Positions 18,706 through 28,354 of a stretch of 64,000 bases of DNA are shown here, one piece after another. Under the pieces are notes generated by a model, which worked only from the letters and a program-made list of their open reading frames with translations, had not been told where the DNA came from and made no database searches. The position numbers and the translations under genes were made by a program. The DNA is from an uncultured bacterium (lineage in GTDB: Bacteria > Cyanobacteriota > Vampirovibrionia > Gastranaerophilales > Gastranaerophilaceae), in assembly GCA_902766105.1 (NCBI GenBank), contig CACXCI010000072.1, forward strand, positions 69 to 64,068. The letters run 5' to 3'. Position 1 is the first letter of the stretch, and each line of letters starts with the position of its first letter.

Positions 18706-19587
18706 ATGGAAAATATAGTAAAACTATCAATTATAGTTCCGGTCTATAATTCGGAAAAATTTTTGAATAAATGTATTGAATCTTTAAGAAATCAAACAAT
18801 TAAAGATATTGAAATTATACTTATCAATGACGGATCAACGGATGGCAGTCTTGAAATTTGCAAAGAATTTGCACAGAAAGATTCAAGAATAAAGGTTTTT
18901 TCTCAAGAAAATTCAGGACAGGCAACAGCAAGAAATGTCGGATTAGATAATGCTGCAGGAGAATATATAACATTTGCAGATGCAGATGACTGGGTTGATA
19001 ATGATTATTATGAAAAGCTAATGGATACAGCAATAAGACATAACGCAGATGTCAGCTGTGCTTCAATAATAAGAGAAAGAAAAAACTCAAACAAATACAG
19101 AATTTTATACACCGAAGAAAAAGAATATGTAAATCCGCAAGAAAAAATTGACATTACAAGATGCCCTGATATGTGCTATGTGTGGAACAAAGTGTATCGT
19201 GCATCATTTCTTAAAAATATAAATTTAAAATTTGTTTATGGAAGATATTGTGAAGACATAGACTTTGTAACAAGAGCAGTATATTTTTCAAACAAAATTG
19301 TTACCGTTCCAAATACTTATTACCATTATTGGGTAAACACAAATTCAACCGTCAAAACTATGATGAAATCGGACAAAAAGCGAGCAGATTATATTTTTGC
19401 GAAAGGAAATATGATTAGATTTTTTGAAGAACATAATCTTAAGACAAAATCATATAATTTAATTAAAGAAAAACGTATAATAAAGCTTTTCGGAATAACG
19501 TTTTTAAAGATATACATTTGGGAAACAAAAAAACGATACCTGCTATTTGGGTTTATTCCTATATTAGAGGAATTATCATACGCATAA
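18706..19587 (+). CDS. Family 2 glycosyltransferase
   Basis: SIIVPVYNSEKFL, NDGSTDGS, FADADD. Confidence 0.85.
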   Translation: MENIVKLSIIVPVYNSEKFLNKCIESLRNQTIKDIEIILINDGSTDGSLEICKEFAQKDSRIKVFSQENSGQATARNVGLDNAAGEYITFADADDWVDNDYYEKLMDTAIRHNADVSCASIIRERKNSNKYRILYTEEKEYVNPQEKIDITRCPDMCYVWNKVYRASFLKNINLKFVYGRYCEDIDFVTRAVYFSNKIVTVPNTYYHYWVNTNSTVKTMMKSDKKRADYIFAKGNMIRFFEEHNLKTKSYNLIKEKRIIKLFGITFLKIYIWETKKRYLLFGFIPILEELSYA

Positions 19588-19619
19588 AAAAAGAGAAGGT
19601 TTAACCTTCTCTTTTTTTA
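19586..19619. terminator. Bidirectional rho-independent terminator
   Basis: AGAGAAGGT-TTA-ACCTTCTCT hairpin flanked by an A-run and a T-run. Confidence 0.7.
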
Positions 19620-19635
19620 CATCCTTTGTGTCTAT

Positions 19636-20109
19636 TTAATATCCTATTGCCCAATCAAAGTGATTAGAAGCTGTTTTAACAGGTTTGTTTAACTCTTTTC
19701 CCGCGGTATTTAGAGCTGTAACCTCAATTACACGTTCAGCCTTTTGCAATAAATTAAATTCGCCAATTTTAGTATCAACATTATTAAAAGATTTATATCT
19801 GTCTAATTCTGCCTGTAAATCTTGATTTTCGGCATTTAGTCTAACTATTTCATTATCAAGATTATTAAGCTTTGCTTCGTAGTTCATAGAAATATAATAG
19901 CTTACAAATGTAACAGCAATAGCTATAGCAAGACAACCGCATAACATTTTATTTGTTTTACGATTTGTCATGGATTCTACTGTAGATACCTGCTCCTTAT
20001 AAAAATCACCTTCAATAATAGTTCCTTCACCGAAATTTGGAGCAGAAACGTATATACTGCTGCTGTAGCCTTGATCTCTAAATTTAATTCTTGCTGTGTT
20101 TAAACTCAT
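19636..20109 (-). CDS. FtsL-like cell-division protein
   Basis: Immediately downstream of rsmH, the dcw position of ftsL. Single TM segment followed by the coiled coil NNLDNEIVRLNAENQDLQAELDRYK. Confidence 0.5.
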   Translation of the reverse strand: MSLNTARIKFRDQGYSSSIYVSAPNFGEGTIIEGDFYKEQVSTVESMTNRKTNKMLCGCLAIAIAVTFVSYYISMNYEAKLNNLDNEIVRLNAENQDLQAELDRYKSFNNVDTKIGEFNLLQKAERVIEVTALNTAGKELNKPVKTASNHFDWAIGY

Positions 20110-20146
20110 TCCCTAAACTACCTACCAATAAACTTTTTACTCTCTT

Positions 20147-21082
20147 TTACCTTCTTATGCATCTGGCTATTCTTAGCTTTGCGCTTCTTGAAGGTGGGTT
20201 CTCACTTATCTCCCGATTTGTAGCCATAATGGGCTTTTTATTCACTAACTCCAAAATCGGCGGGGGACACTTGCAAATCATTTGATTAGGTTCACAATGA
20301 CAGCGAGTTGAGTGGTATTTAAAAACTTGCTTTACTACCCTGTCCTCCAGAGAATGAAAACTTATTACACTTATTATAGCACCAAATTCTAATAAATCCA
20401 ATACATCATTTAGTGTGTTTTTAACATTTTGTAACTCATGATTTACCTCAATCCTTATTGCCTGAAAAACTCTGGTGGCAGGGTGAATAGATGATTTTAT
20501 TTTTGGTGTTGAATTTACAATAATTTCTGCTAATTCCGTTGTTGTTTTTATTGGGGCGATTTTTCTTCTTTCCACAATAGCTTTTGCGATACGCTTTGAG
20601 AACCTTTCTTCGCCATATTCTGAAAATATTTTAATTAAATCCTGTTCCTTATAAGTATTTACAACATCATAAGCACTAAAATCAGAATCCATATTAAAAC
20701 GCATATCTAACGGAGCCTCTTTACTAAAGGAAAATCCCCGCTCCTGCTTGGTTAGTTGATGATATGATGCGCCTAAATCAAACAGAACTCCGCCTGTTAT
20801 CTTTGTTATCCCTAAATTCTTTAGTACAGTTTTAATGTTTGTATAAGAATCTTTTACAATTGTTAAATTTTTATACTCACACAACCTTTCTGATGCGGCA
20901 TTTATTGCATCTTGGTCGATATCAAAAGAAATCAATCTTCCTTCCGGAGAAATTCGTTTTAAAATAAGCTCACTATGTCCGCCACCGCCAAGAGTACAAT
21001 CGACATAAATCAAACCTTTCCTACATTCAAGTGCGTCGACCGCTTCGTTTTTCATAACTGTGTAATGTTTAAATTCTGACAT
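20147..21082 (-). CDS. rsmH: 16S rRNA (cytosine1402-N4)-methyltransferase
   Basis: HYTVM..., DCTLGGGGHS, FDLGASYHQL, SFHSLEDR. Confidence 0.95.
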   Translation of the reverse strand: MSEFKHYTVMKNEAVDALECRKGLIYVDCTLGGGGHSELILKRISPEGRLISFDIDQDAINAASERLCEYKNLTIVKDSYTNIKTVLKNLGITKITGGVLFDLGASYHQLTKQERGFSFSKEAPLDMRFNMDSDFSAYDVVNTYKEQDLIKIFSEYGEERFSKRIAKAIVERRKIAPIKTTTELAEIIVNSTPKIKSSIHPATRVFQAIRIEVNHELQNVKNTLNDVLDLLEFGAIISVISFHSLEDRVVKQVFKYHSTRCHCEPNQMICKCPPPILELVNKKPIMATNREISENPPSRSAKLRIARCIRR

Positions 21083-21148
21083 AAGATAATATTAACATAA
21101 AATAGCAAATTTATTTTTTAGAGGTTTTATTAAAAAAAAGGAGTAAAT

Positions 21149-21538
21149 ATGGATATCAAAAGAAACTATAATAATCCTAATTTTGGACTAAAAGTCAGTT
21201 TAAATACCCCTTTTCATGATGTCATGAAAACTGCAAAAGATAGCAAAAAATTTTTTGAGCTTGATGGCACACTAAACAGTTTGCTGCATGTTGATGGACC
21301 TGACTTAGTTATAATACACGGTGTAAATAAAGAAAATCAGATGTTTTCATCGTTCGTATGCGGAAAAAATTCTATCCAAAACAACACAATTGGTTGTAAA
21401 ACTCCTGCAGAAGCATCATTAAGAGCTTTATTAGAATTGACGGATAAGAATAGTCCAAAACTTATGAAACTTCTTAAAGGAAAAGTTAAAAGATTTATTT
21501 CAGAATCAGAAATAATAGACAGATATACAACAAAATAG
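21149..21538 (+). CDS. Hypothetical protein
   Basis: 129 aa. AAGGAG RBS. Followed by a terminator. Confidence 0.5.
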   Translation: MDIKRNYNNPNFGLKVSLNTPFHDVMKTAKDSKKFFELDGTLNSLLHVDGPDLVIIHGVNKENQMFSSFVCGKNSIQNNTIGCKTPAEASLRALLELTDKNSPKLMKLLKGKVKRFISESEIIDRYTTK

Positions 21539-21545
21539 CAAACTA

Positions 21546-21574
21546 AAAGAGGAACCGACCGGTTCCTCTTTTTA
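21546..21574 (+). terminator. Rho-independent terminator
   Basis: AGAGGAACC-GACC-GGTTCCTCT followed by TTTT. Confidence 0.7.
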
Positions 21575-21593
21575 AATTTTTGCTATTCAGTTT

Positions 21594-21812
21594 TTACAAA
21601 ATAAAGCCCGCCAAGCCCTCCTGGTCAAATATTTCAACAAATTTATCATAAGTACAGTGTACACCGTCTCCTGATTCATCCAAAATTTGTATTACGCTTT
21701 CAAAATCACTATCTTTAACCTCGTCATTTTTAGAAACTACATATATTGATCCTAAATTTTTGAAAGCATCAACATCATATAATTTTGTTTCTTCGTTATA
21801 CTTAAATTCCAT
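21594..21812 (-). CDS. Hypothetical small acidic protein
   Basis: 72-aa ORF with GAAAGAGG upstream. No recognisable motif. Confidence 0.4.
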   Translation of the reverse strand: MEFKYNEETKLYDVDAFKNLGSIYVVSKNDEVKDSDFESVIQILDESGDGVHCTYDKFVEIFDQEGLAGFIL

Positions 21813-21907
21813 CCGAAAACCTCTTTCTTTTTCGTAACAACAATTTTAGTATCGGAATATCTATATGTAAACTTTAGGTATTTATTAGTTTTTGTTACAT
21901 AAGTTAA

Positions 21908-21960
21908 CAAAAACAGGAGATATAAGTTATAACTCAATAAATATATCTCCTGTTTTTTGT
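21908..21960. terminator. Bidirectional terminator downstream of gltX
   Basis: ACAGGAGATAT...ATATCTCCTGT (11-bp stem) flanked by an A-run and a T-run. Confidence 0.65.
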
Positions 21961-21973
21961 TAATCTTGTTATA

Positions 21974-23452
21974 TTATACTTTTGATTCTTGTTTTATTGC
22001 TTTTTTAGCTCTGTACAAAGAGGTTTCCTTACCTAAGATTTCAAGAATACCAACCATATCAGCGCCACGAGTTCTACCTGTTATTGCAGCTCTGACCGCC
22101 CACATTGTAACCTTTGGTTTAATACCTTTTTCTTTCCATTCGCCTCTGAATATTTCAAGTTTTGAATGAAGTTCTTCTTCTGTCCAATTCCAATCTTTAG
22201 CTTTTTCAACAAAATCAACCAATACATTTTGTGCCGTTTCTGTATCAAGAGTACCTGTTTGTGTTTCAGGTTCAATTTCAACATCTTTTCCAAAGAAATA
22301 CGGAACAGCATCTGTAATGTCTGACAATAAAGTTAACGGCTCTCTTGTTATTTCTACCATTTTAGTGTATTGTTCATCTGTCAATTCGTTCAAATTGTAC
22401 TTAGTTAAATATGGCTTCAACATTTCTTTCAGCTTGTCAATAGGAATTTGTTTGATATAATGGCTGTTCATCCATTTTAATTTGTCATATTCAAAAATTG
22501 AGTTGGATGAAGAGATTTCACCAATTCTGAAATCAGCCGCAATTTCATCAACAGTTTTAATTTCATTACCATCTGACGGTGCCCAGCCAAGTAATGCGAC
22601 AAAGTTTATCAAAGCTTCCGTCAAATAGCCTTCTTTAACGAAATCAGATACAGCAGTTGCCCCATGTCTTTTTGACAACTTACTTCTGTCCGGCGCCAAA
22701 ATCATACCTAAATGTCCAAATCTTGGAACATCAAAACCTAAGGCTTCAAAGATTAAAATTTGTTTATATGTATTTGAAATATGATCCTCACCTCGAATAA
22801 CATGAGATATTTTCATTAAAGCATCATCTATTACAACAGCAAAATTATATGTAGGCGCTCCGTTTGATTTTTGAATAACAAAATCACCCAGCAAACTCGT
22901 ATCCATGTGTAACTTACCTTTTACAAGGTCATCAAATTCTAATATTGATGTATCATGAAAGGCTTTTTGAGCTTTTGCAATATTAAATCTGATAGCAGGT
23001 TTTCTTCCTTCTGCTCTCAACTTTGCTTTTTCTTCTTCTGATAAATTTTCGCATTTTTTAGAATAAACGTAAGCTCTTTTAGCTTTTGTAGCTTCTTCTT
23101 TTTCTTGTTCAAGTTCTTCCGGAGTACAAAAACACTCATAAGCAAAACCCGAATCTAACAATTTTTGAACATATTTAGGGTATATATCAAATCTTTCAGA
23201 TTGAGTATATGGACCATAAGGCCCGCCGACATCCGGTCCTTCATCCCAGTTTAAGCCCAAAGCTTTTAAACTGTCAAAGATATTATCAATATATTCCTGA
23301 GATGTTCTTTCCGCATCTGTATCTTCAATTCTTAATATAAATTTTCCGTTATTTTTCTTTGCAAATAAATAATTAAAAAGTGCTGTCCTAGCCGTACCTA
23401 CGTGTAAATTTCCACTTGGTGACGGTGCAATTCTTACTCTTACTTCTGACAT
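21974..23452 (-). CDS. gltX: Glutamyl-tRNA synthetase
   Basis: RIAPSPSGNLHVGTART (HIGH motif), KLSKRHG (KMSKS motif). 492 aa. Confidence 0.95.
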   Translation of the reverse strand: MSEVRVRIAPSPSGNLHVGTARTALFNYLFAKKNNGKFILRIEDTDAERTSQEYIDNIFDSLKALGLNWDEGPDVGGPYGPYTQSERFDIYPKYVQKLLDSGFAYECFCTPEELEQEKEEATKAKRAYVYSKKCENLSEEEKAKLRAEGRKPAIRFNIAKAQKAFHDTSILEFDDLVKGKLHMDTSLLGDFVIQKSNGAPTYNFAVVIDDALMKISHVIRGEDHISNTYKQILIFEALGFDVPRFGHLGMILAPDRSKLSKRHGATAVSDFVKEGYLTEALINFVALLGWAPSDGNEIKTVDEIAADFRIGEISSSNSIFEYDKLKWMNSHYIKQIPIDKLKEMLKPYLTKYNLNELTDEQYTKMVEITREPLTLLSDITDAVPYFFGKDVEIEPETQTGTLDTETAQNVLVDFVEKAKDWNWTEEELHSKLEIFRGEWKEKGIKPKVTMWAVRAAITGRTRGADMVGILEILGKETSLYRAKKAIKQESKV

Positions 23453-23560
23453 TTTATCCTTCTTTCTTTATATATTTCAGCATACTAAGAATATCACATA
23501 AAATTTGATTTTCAAGTGTGATATCCGCTATTTCAAACGATAAAAGACAATGAACAGGCT

Positions 23561-24637
23561 CTATTTTGTTTCAATATATTCTATATTTGGAGAATACGAT
23601 GATGCTTCTTCATTTAAGTTCAATTTATTTACTATACTTGCACGTTTTTTACGGAAAAGCATATCAACAAAAGCCTCCAGTCTGGTAATAAAACCGGCTT
23701 CACCCGTTTGCTCATCAATTGTCAGATTTAACAAAGGTTTATTAAATTGTTTTGCCCTGCGAGTAATTCTTTCTACCATCAACGAATCCGGACCGCAGCC
23801 GAATGCTGTAATTGTTATTACACCGTCAACTTTACTGTCTTTTAAGAAATGACCTGCACTACCTGTGATTTCGTCTTCATTTGCCCAGTATTTTTCATTA
23901 CCCAGGCTTGCAATTCCGTCATTTAATTGTTCTTCTGACAGCTGCAAAGATGTACAAACCTCAACATCCATTTTTTCAAGTTTATCAAAAACTTTCATTG
24001 TAACACGTTCATCGTAGATATTATAACCGTGCCCAACCAAAGCAATTGATATAGGATATTCCTTAGTCTTGTTCCCTATTACAACTTTCCCCTGAAGAGC
24101 ATAACTCAATGCTTTTGGGTAAGACATACCTGATTTTGACATAACATGGAAATTGTTATAGCATCTCCAACCGGCTTTGGAAGCTTTTTTTATAAGCTTC
24201 ATATCGGTGATTCCGAAAGGTTTTACCGCTTCAGCCAAAAATTCATACAAACCTTGTTTTTTTTCAGACTTATCTAATGTTGCTTCAATCATTACAAATT
24301 TTTCTTTTACAACATTACGTACCAAATCAGGCAATCCCCTGATTTTAGAACAATTATATATTTTGTTATCAATAGATTGAAGAGATGGAACAAATATTGT
24401 CTTGACGCCTTTTTGTAACAAATTCAAAATATGACCGATATATACCTTGATAGGCAGACAAGTTTCCGTAACAACCAAACCTGCGCCATCTGACATAGTT
24501 TGTTTTGTTGTTACATCTGAAAGAACAATTTTTATACCAAGATCATTAAAAAAACCGAAATAAAACGGATAATTATTATAAAAAGACATCGCTCTCGGTA
24601 TGCCGATAACTTTTTCTTCACATTTTGCCAGTGTCAT
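23561..24637 (-). CDS. Acyl-CoA dehydratase activase-related protein (DUF2229-like)
   Basis: N-terminus VIGIPRAMSFYNNYPFYFGFFNDLGIKIVLSD...ETCLPIKVYIGH matches my recollection of this family. No partner ATPase gene is adjacent. Confidence 0.55.
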   Translation of the reverse strand: MTLAKCEEKVIGIPRAMSFYNNYPFYFGFFNDLGIKIVLSDVTTKQTMSDGAGLVVTETCLPIKVYIGHILNLLQKGVKTIFVPSLQSIDNKIYNCSKIRGLPDLVRNVVKEKFVMIEATLDKSEKKQGLYEFLAEAVKPFGITDMKLIKKASKAGWRCYNNFHVMSKSGMSYPKALSYALQGKVVIGNKTKEYPISIALVGHGYNIYDERVTMKVFDKLEKMDVEVCTSLQLSEEQLNDGIASLGNEKYWANEDEITGSAGHFLKDSKVDGVITITAFGCGPDSLMVERITRRAKQFNKPLLNLTIDEQTGEAGFITRLEAFVDMLFRKKRASIVNKLNLNEEASSYSPNIEYIETK

Positions 24638-24733
24638 GCCTCATATCCCTATATTGCTAATACTATGTATATAATATTCCAAAAAAATATTTTTTGCTAT
24701 CGACGGATATATTACTTTACAATAGCTAATATT

Positions 24734-26494
24734 TTATGCCGATTTTAAGCGATTTATCAAATTGGTATCGCTATTTTCCACAGCATTGACTTTATTATCA
24801 TTCTTTTCGAAATTATCACTGTAGCCTGCATAGTGTCTGTAATCTTGCAATTCTTTTAGTGCAAGCATATCTGCAACTCTTGATGCTTTTTTCTGTGCTT
24901 TTGTCGTATAAATATCTATCAGAATAATTGGTAACAAGACAAATGCAAACGGAACAAGAGTTTTAGTCAAAAGTTTGGGTAACATTTGCCAGAAATTTTT
25001 ATTATCAAACACAGCTTCCGGCTTTTCCAGCATTTTCATAACAGACCATGTTGAAATTCCGGATGCAGCCAGAGAGCCAAATACCGAAACCCCCTGCTTA
25101 GTCATCTCACCAACAGCTTCTACACTTTCAGAATAAGTTTGAGATTTTTCATCAACCTTGTTGAAGGTCTTAAAAACATTCATTTGTAGTGCTTTTGCAT
25201 CAGACTGTTGTTCCGGAGTCAGATCAAGATTTTCAATAGCTTTGTGCCGTTTTAAATCTTCAACCAATGCGGATTTTCTATATTCATTATATTCTTTATT
25301 GTCTTTAATAAGTTGAGCAAAGAATTTGAATATATTGGGTTTTTGGGGTTGGACAGGAGTTTTAACATTCTCCATTTTCTCATAATCTTGTTTATCAACA
25401 TAAACTAAAGATTCAGGATTATTAAGCATTTCTTGTTTTGCCTTATATCTGCCAATACGAGAGGCCTGCTTTTGGAGTTTTGCAGCGTAAATATTCATCA
25501 ACAACGGAATTGCAAGACCTACTGCCCAAGGTATAATTTTTGTGAACTTACTTGCTGTACCGACTTTTAATAATTTTATCAATTTATTTGATACCCAGCC
25601 AACAAGTCCGCCGCCTGCAAGCGACAATGCAATCAATGTATTTGTTGCAAGCTCAGTATTTTCAGCATAATCTTGGGAGGCTAAGTCCATTTTTCTAACC
25701 ATGTGTGCAAGAATTTGTTGATCATGCTTTGCTTTTCGGATTTGTTCTTCTGATAATTGCTTATCAAAATTTTGCTCACTTTCTTTCAGTTTTTCGTCAA
25801 ATTCTTTTTTCTGAATGTTATATTCTTCGTTATTAGAATAATATTTTTTTAGAGTTTTTATGCTGTCTAATGGATTCGCTCCCATTGAACTTTTGTTTTT
25901 CAGACGTTTTTGAGTTTTGTCATCAAGTACAACAGACTTAGCTTCTGCATCAACCTTTTTAGTTTGTTCTTCCGTTAACACCGCAAATATAGCGGGGTTA
26001 TTCAAATCTTTACGCATTGCTTCAAATCGACCTTTACGAGAAGCACTAATCTTGGTTTTAGTTGCCCACATTATAGCCGGGAAACTTGCGGCAAAACCCA
26101 CCATCATACCTATCGCTGAAGGTAACATTTGTGCAACGAACATCGCACCGTTTCCTTTTCCTGCAACTTTTTGCAAAGCTTTTTGAACAGGTTTTGTTAA
26201 TGCTGCCAAAGTCCCGCCTAACATACCAATCATGGTTGCAATACCAACAATTTGTCCTTTTGCAAACTCTGTTGCAACCTCCATATCCTCTGCATTTGAC
26301 TGAGAATATTCATCCATAATATCTATAGCATGAAGAAGTATTTTTCCTCTTTGAATATCATCTTTATTAAATTTATCCGGATTTTGCTTTAGATATTCGA
26401 CTTTTTGAGCATTGTTTAATTCCTGCTGATTTTGCCAATCCTCATATTCGGGTAAATATTTCCTATAATCTCTTACACTACCTAAGACTTCCAT
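24734..26494 (-). CDS. Integral membrane protein built from three repeated 2-TM modules, function unknown
   Basis: 586 aa. Three modules, each running TM, basic loop, TM, then [AT]K.QK.ASR. They are separated by charged linkers of about 100 aa. Confidence 0.7.
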   Translation of the reverse strand: MEVLGSVRDYRKYLPEYEDWQNQQELNNAQKVEYLKQNPDKFNKDDIQRGKILLHAIDIMDEYSQSNAEDMEVATEFAKGQIVGIATMIGMLGGTLAALTKPVQKALQKVAGKGNGAMFVAQMLPSAIGMMVGFAASFPAIMWATKTKISASRKGRFEAMRKDLNNPAIFAVLTEEQTKKVDAEAKSVVLDDKTQKRLKNKSSMGANPLDSIKTLKKYYSNNEEYNIQKKEFDEKLKESEQNFDKQLSEEQIRKAKHDQQILAHMVRKMDLASQDYAENTELATNTLIALSLAGGGLVGWVSNKLIKLLKVGTASKFTKIIPWAVGLAIPLLMNIYAAKLQKQASRIGRYKAKQEMLNNPESLVYVDKQDYEKMENVKTPVQPQKPNIFKFFAQLIKDNKEYNEYRKSALVEDLKRHKAIENLDLTPEQQSDAKALQMNVFKTFNKVDEKSQTYSESVEAVGEMTKQGVSVFGSLAASGISTWSVMKMLEKPEAVFDNKNFWQMLPKLLTKTLVPFAFVLLPIILIDIYTTKAQKKASRVADMLALKELQDYRHYAGYSDNFEKNDNKVNAVENSDTNLINRLKSA

Positions 26495-26673
26495 ATATTT
26501 TTCAAAACAGGTTATGAAATAAAATTGCCATATTGTAACAAAATGTTAACTGTTATATGTATAAAAAAGCAATTCTTTAAGACAAAAATACTTTATTAAA
26601 ATATAAGGAATATCTAGGATAATATTTTTTATAGGAACAGGATGATTAGACAAATCAATAGGGAGGACTTCGC

Positions 26674-26913
26674 ATGGGCGTAGGCGCAGAAGATTACATC
26701 GATAAGATGTTAGTACAGAAATATCAGGAAGAAAAAGTGGATAATCATGAAAATGCCGAATCAATGGTTGATCCTGACAAAATGTTGGATGCAATGAATG
26801 ATTATGCTTCAACATTAAGGAATATGATGCATCTCAGACAAAGATTAAACATTGCTTGTTATGCAATAAATGCAAGAACAGCACGTTATCAAAGATCTAT
26901 GGGACAGCATTAG
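26674..26913 (+). CDS. Hypothetical protein
   Basis: 79 aa with a GGGAGG RBS 7 nt upstream. Preferred over the overlapping minus-strand ORF 26546..26815. Confidence 0.45.
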   Translation: MGVGAEDYIDKMLVQKYQEEKVDNHENAESMVDPDKMLDAMNDYASTLRNMMHLRQRLNIACYAINARTARYQRSMGQH

Positions 26914-26976
26914 AAAAAGATTTGTGTTGAATTGTGCCTGTTTTTGCGCAAAAATAGGAAAACAAGGAGACACACC

Positions 26977-27546
26977 ATGGGAAAAATTATCCTAGGCTCT
27001 TCTTCTCCCAGAAGAGCAGATATTCTAAAAAAACTAAAATTGGATTTTGAAATTATTCCGTCTGATTATGTGGAACCACACGACCGGACGGATTTCTCTT
27101 ATGATTTCGTAGAAAATCTTGCATATAACAAAGCTCTTGATGTTGCAAAAAAAATAAGCGAACCTGCAACTGTAATAGGTGCTGATACAATTGTTGTAAC
27201 AGACAATAAAATTTTAGGAAAACCTAAAGATAAACAAGATGCGTACAATACGCTAAAAATGCTTTCCGGCAAAACTCATTTCGTTGTTACAGCAATTGCT
27301 CTGGTTCAATCAATAACATTAAAAAAGAAAATAAAATCAGAAACTACATACGTTACATTTGAAAAGTTAACGGATTCTCAGATAGAATATTATATTGAAA
27401 ACTTCAAACCGTTTGATAAGGCAGGTTCGTACGGAATACAAGAACTTCCCGAAGGATACATCAAATATATTGACGGAGATTTGGATAATGTAATCGGTCT
27501 GCCATCAAATCTTCTAATAAATATGCTTGAACTTGAATTTAGTTAA
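26977..27546 (+). CDS. maf: Maf-like nucleoside triphosphate pyrophosphatase
   Basis: MGKIILGSSSPRRADIL..., GADTIV, KAGSYGIQ. Start set at the ATG with an AAGGAGA RBS. Confidence 0.9.
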   Translation: MGKIILGSSSPRRADILKKLKLDFEIIPSDYVEPHDRTDFSYDFVENLAYNKALDVAKKISEPATVIGADTIVVTDNKILGKPKDKQDAYNTLKMLSGKTHFVVTAIALVQSITLKKKIKSETTYVTFEKLTDSQIEYYIENFKPFDKAGSYGIQELPEGYIKYIDGDLDNVIGLPSNLLINMLELEFS

Positions 27547-27596
27547 GAATTTGACAAAATTCAAAATACAAAATAACATCAAATTAGGAGATAATT

Positions 27597-28349
27597 ATGA
27601 AAAAAACAGGTTATGCTTTTTTGGAATTTGCAACACCTATAGCTATTGCGGTTGTAGTTATATCTGCTTTTGTTGTATATTTGATTACCCATTCTAATAA
27701 TGCAAAATTTAAACCTATGTATTTCAAATTGATGTCAACACTTAATCAAGCTGCAGTTATGGCGAAAATAAACCCCGGATATGATTTTTCAGAAATTGAC
27801 AAGCCCTGTTCTGAAAATCCCTCGGAAATACAAAACGAAACAGGAGAGAATCATTCGTTATGTGGTATTTTAAATGCTACATTAGTTGACTATTCTATAA
27901 AAGGAAACGTATCGGATATTAAATACAAATATAAAGATAAAATACACACATATTCAATATCTACGGATGTTCTCCCTCAAGAATACAAAAATTATATCGT
28001 ATATGCACTTAAAGACGGCTCGTACATAGGTATAAACAGGGAGGCCAAAGTTTGTGAACTTCCGATAGTTACCTCTGTTTATAATAATGAACAAAACAAA
28101 TTATATAAAAAAGATAATGTCGATTTAAACAAGTGTATAGGTTTTATTGACGTAAACGGTCCTTTGCCGCCAAACAAAGAGGTATACTGCACCAAAGGTA
28201 AGAATATTATGGATGCAAATTCTGATTGTGTGGTTGATATGCGTCAAAATAAAATAGCAGATGTTTATCCTATTGTTTTTTATAATGCTCAAGTAGTTCC
28301 TCTTACAGCGGCTGCAAAAAAAGCATTTTTAGCAAGCAAGGCGAAATAA
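27597..28349 (+). CDS. Possible type IV pilin/pseudopilin-like protein
   Basis: N-terminus MKKTG|YAFLEF, with Glu at +5 after the Gly, followed by a hydrophobic helix. TAGGAG RBS. The rest is unrecognisable. Confidence 0.4.
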   Translation: MKKTGYAFLEFATPIAIAVVVISAFVVYLITHSNNAKFKPMYFKLMSTLNQAAVMAKINPGYDFSEIDKPCSENPSEIQNETGENHSLCGILNATLVDYSIKGNVSDIKYKYKDKIHTYSISTDVLPQEYKNYIVYALKDGSYIGINREAKVCELPIVTSVYNNEQNKLYKKDNVDLNKCIGFIDVNGPLPPNKEVYCTKGKNIMDANSDCVVDMRQNKIADVYPIVFYNAQVVPLTAAAKKAFLASKAK

Positions 28350-28354
28350 TTCGC

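Noticed and set aside
26546-26815. Minus-strand 89-aa ORF.
   Set aside because: It has no RBS and an odd His/Pro/Leu-rich composition. It overlaps a + strand ORF that has a GGGAGG RBS.
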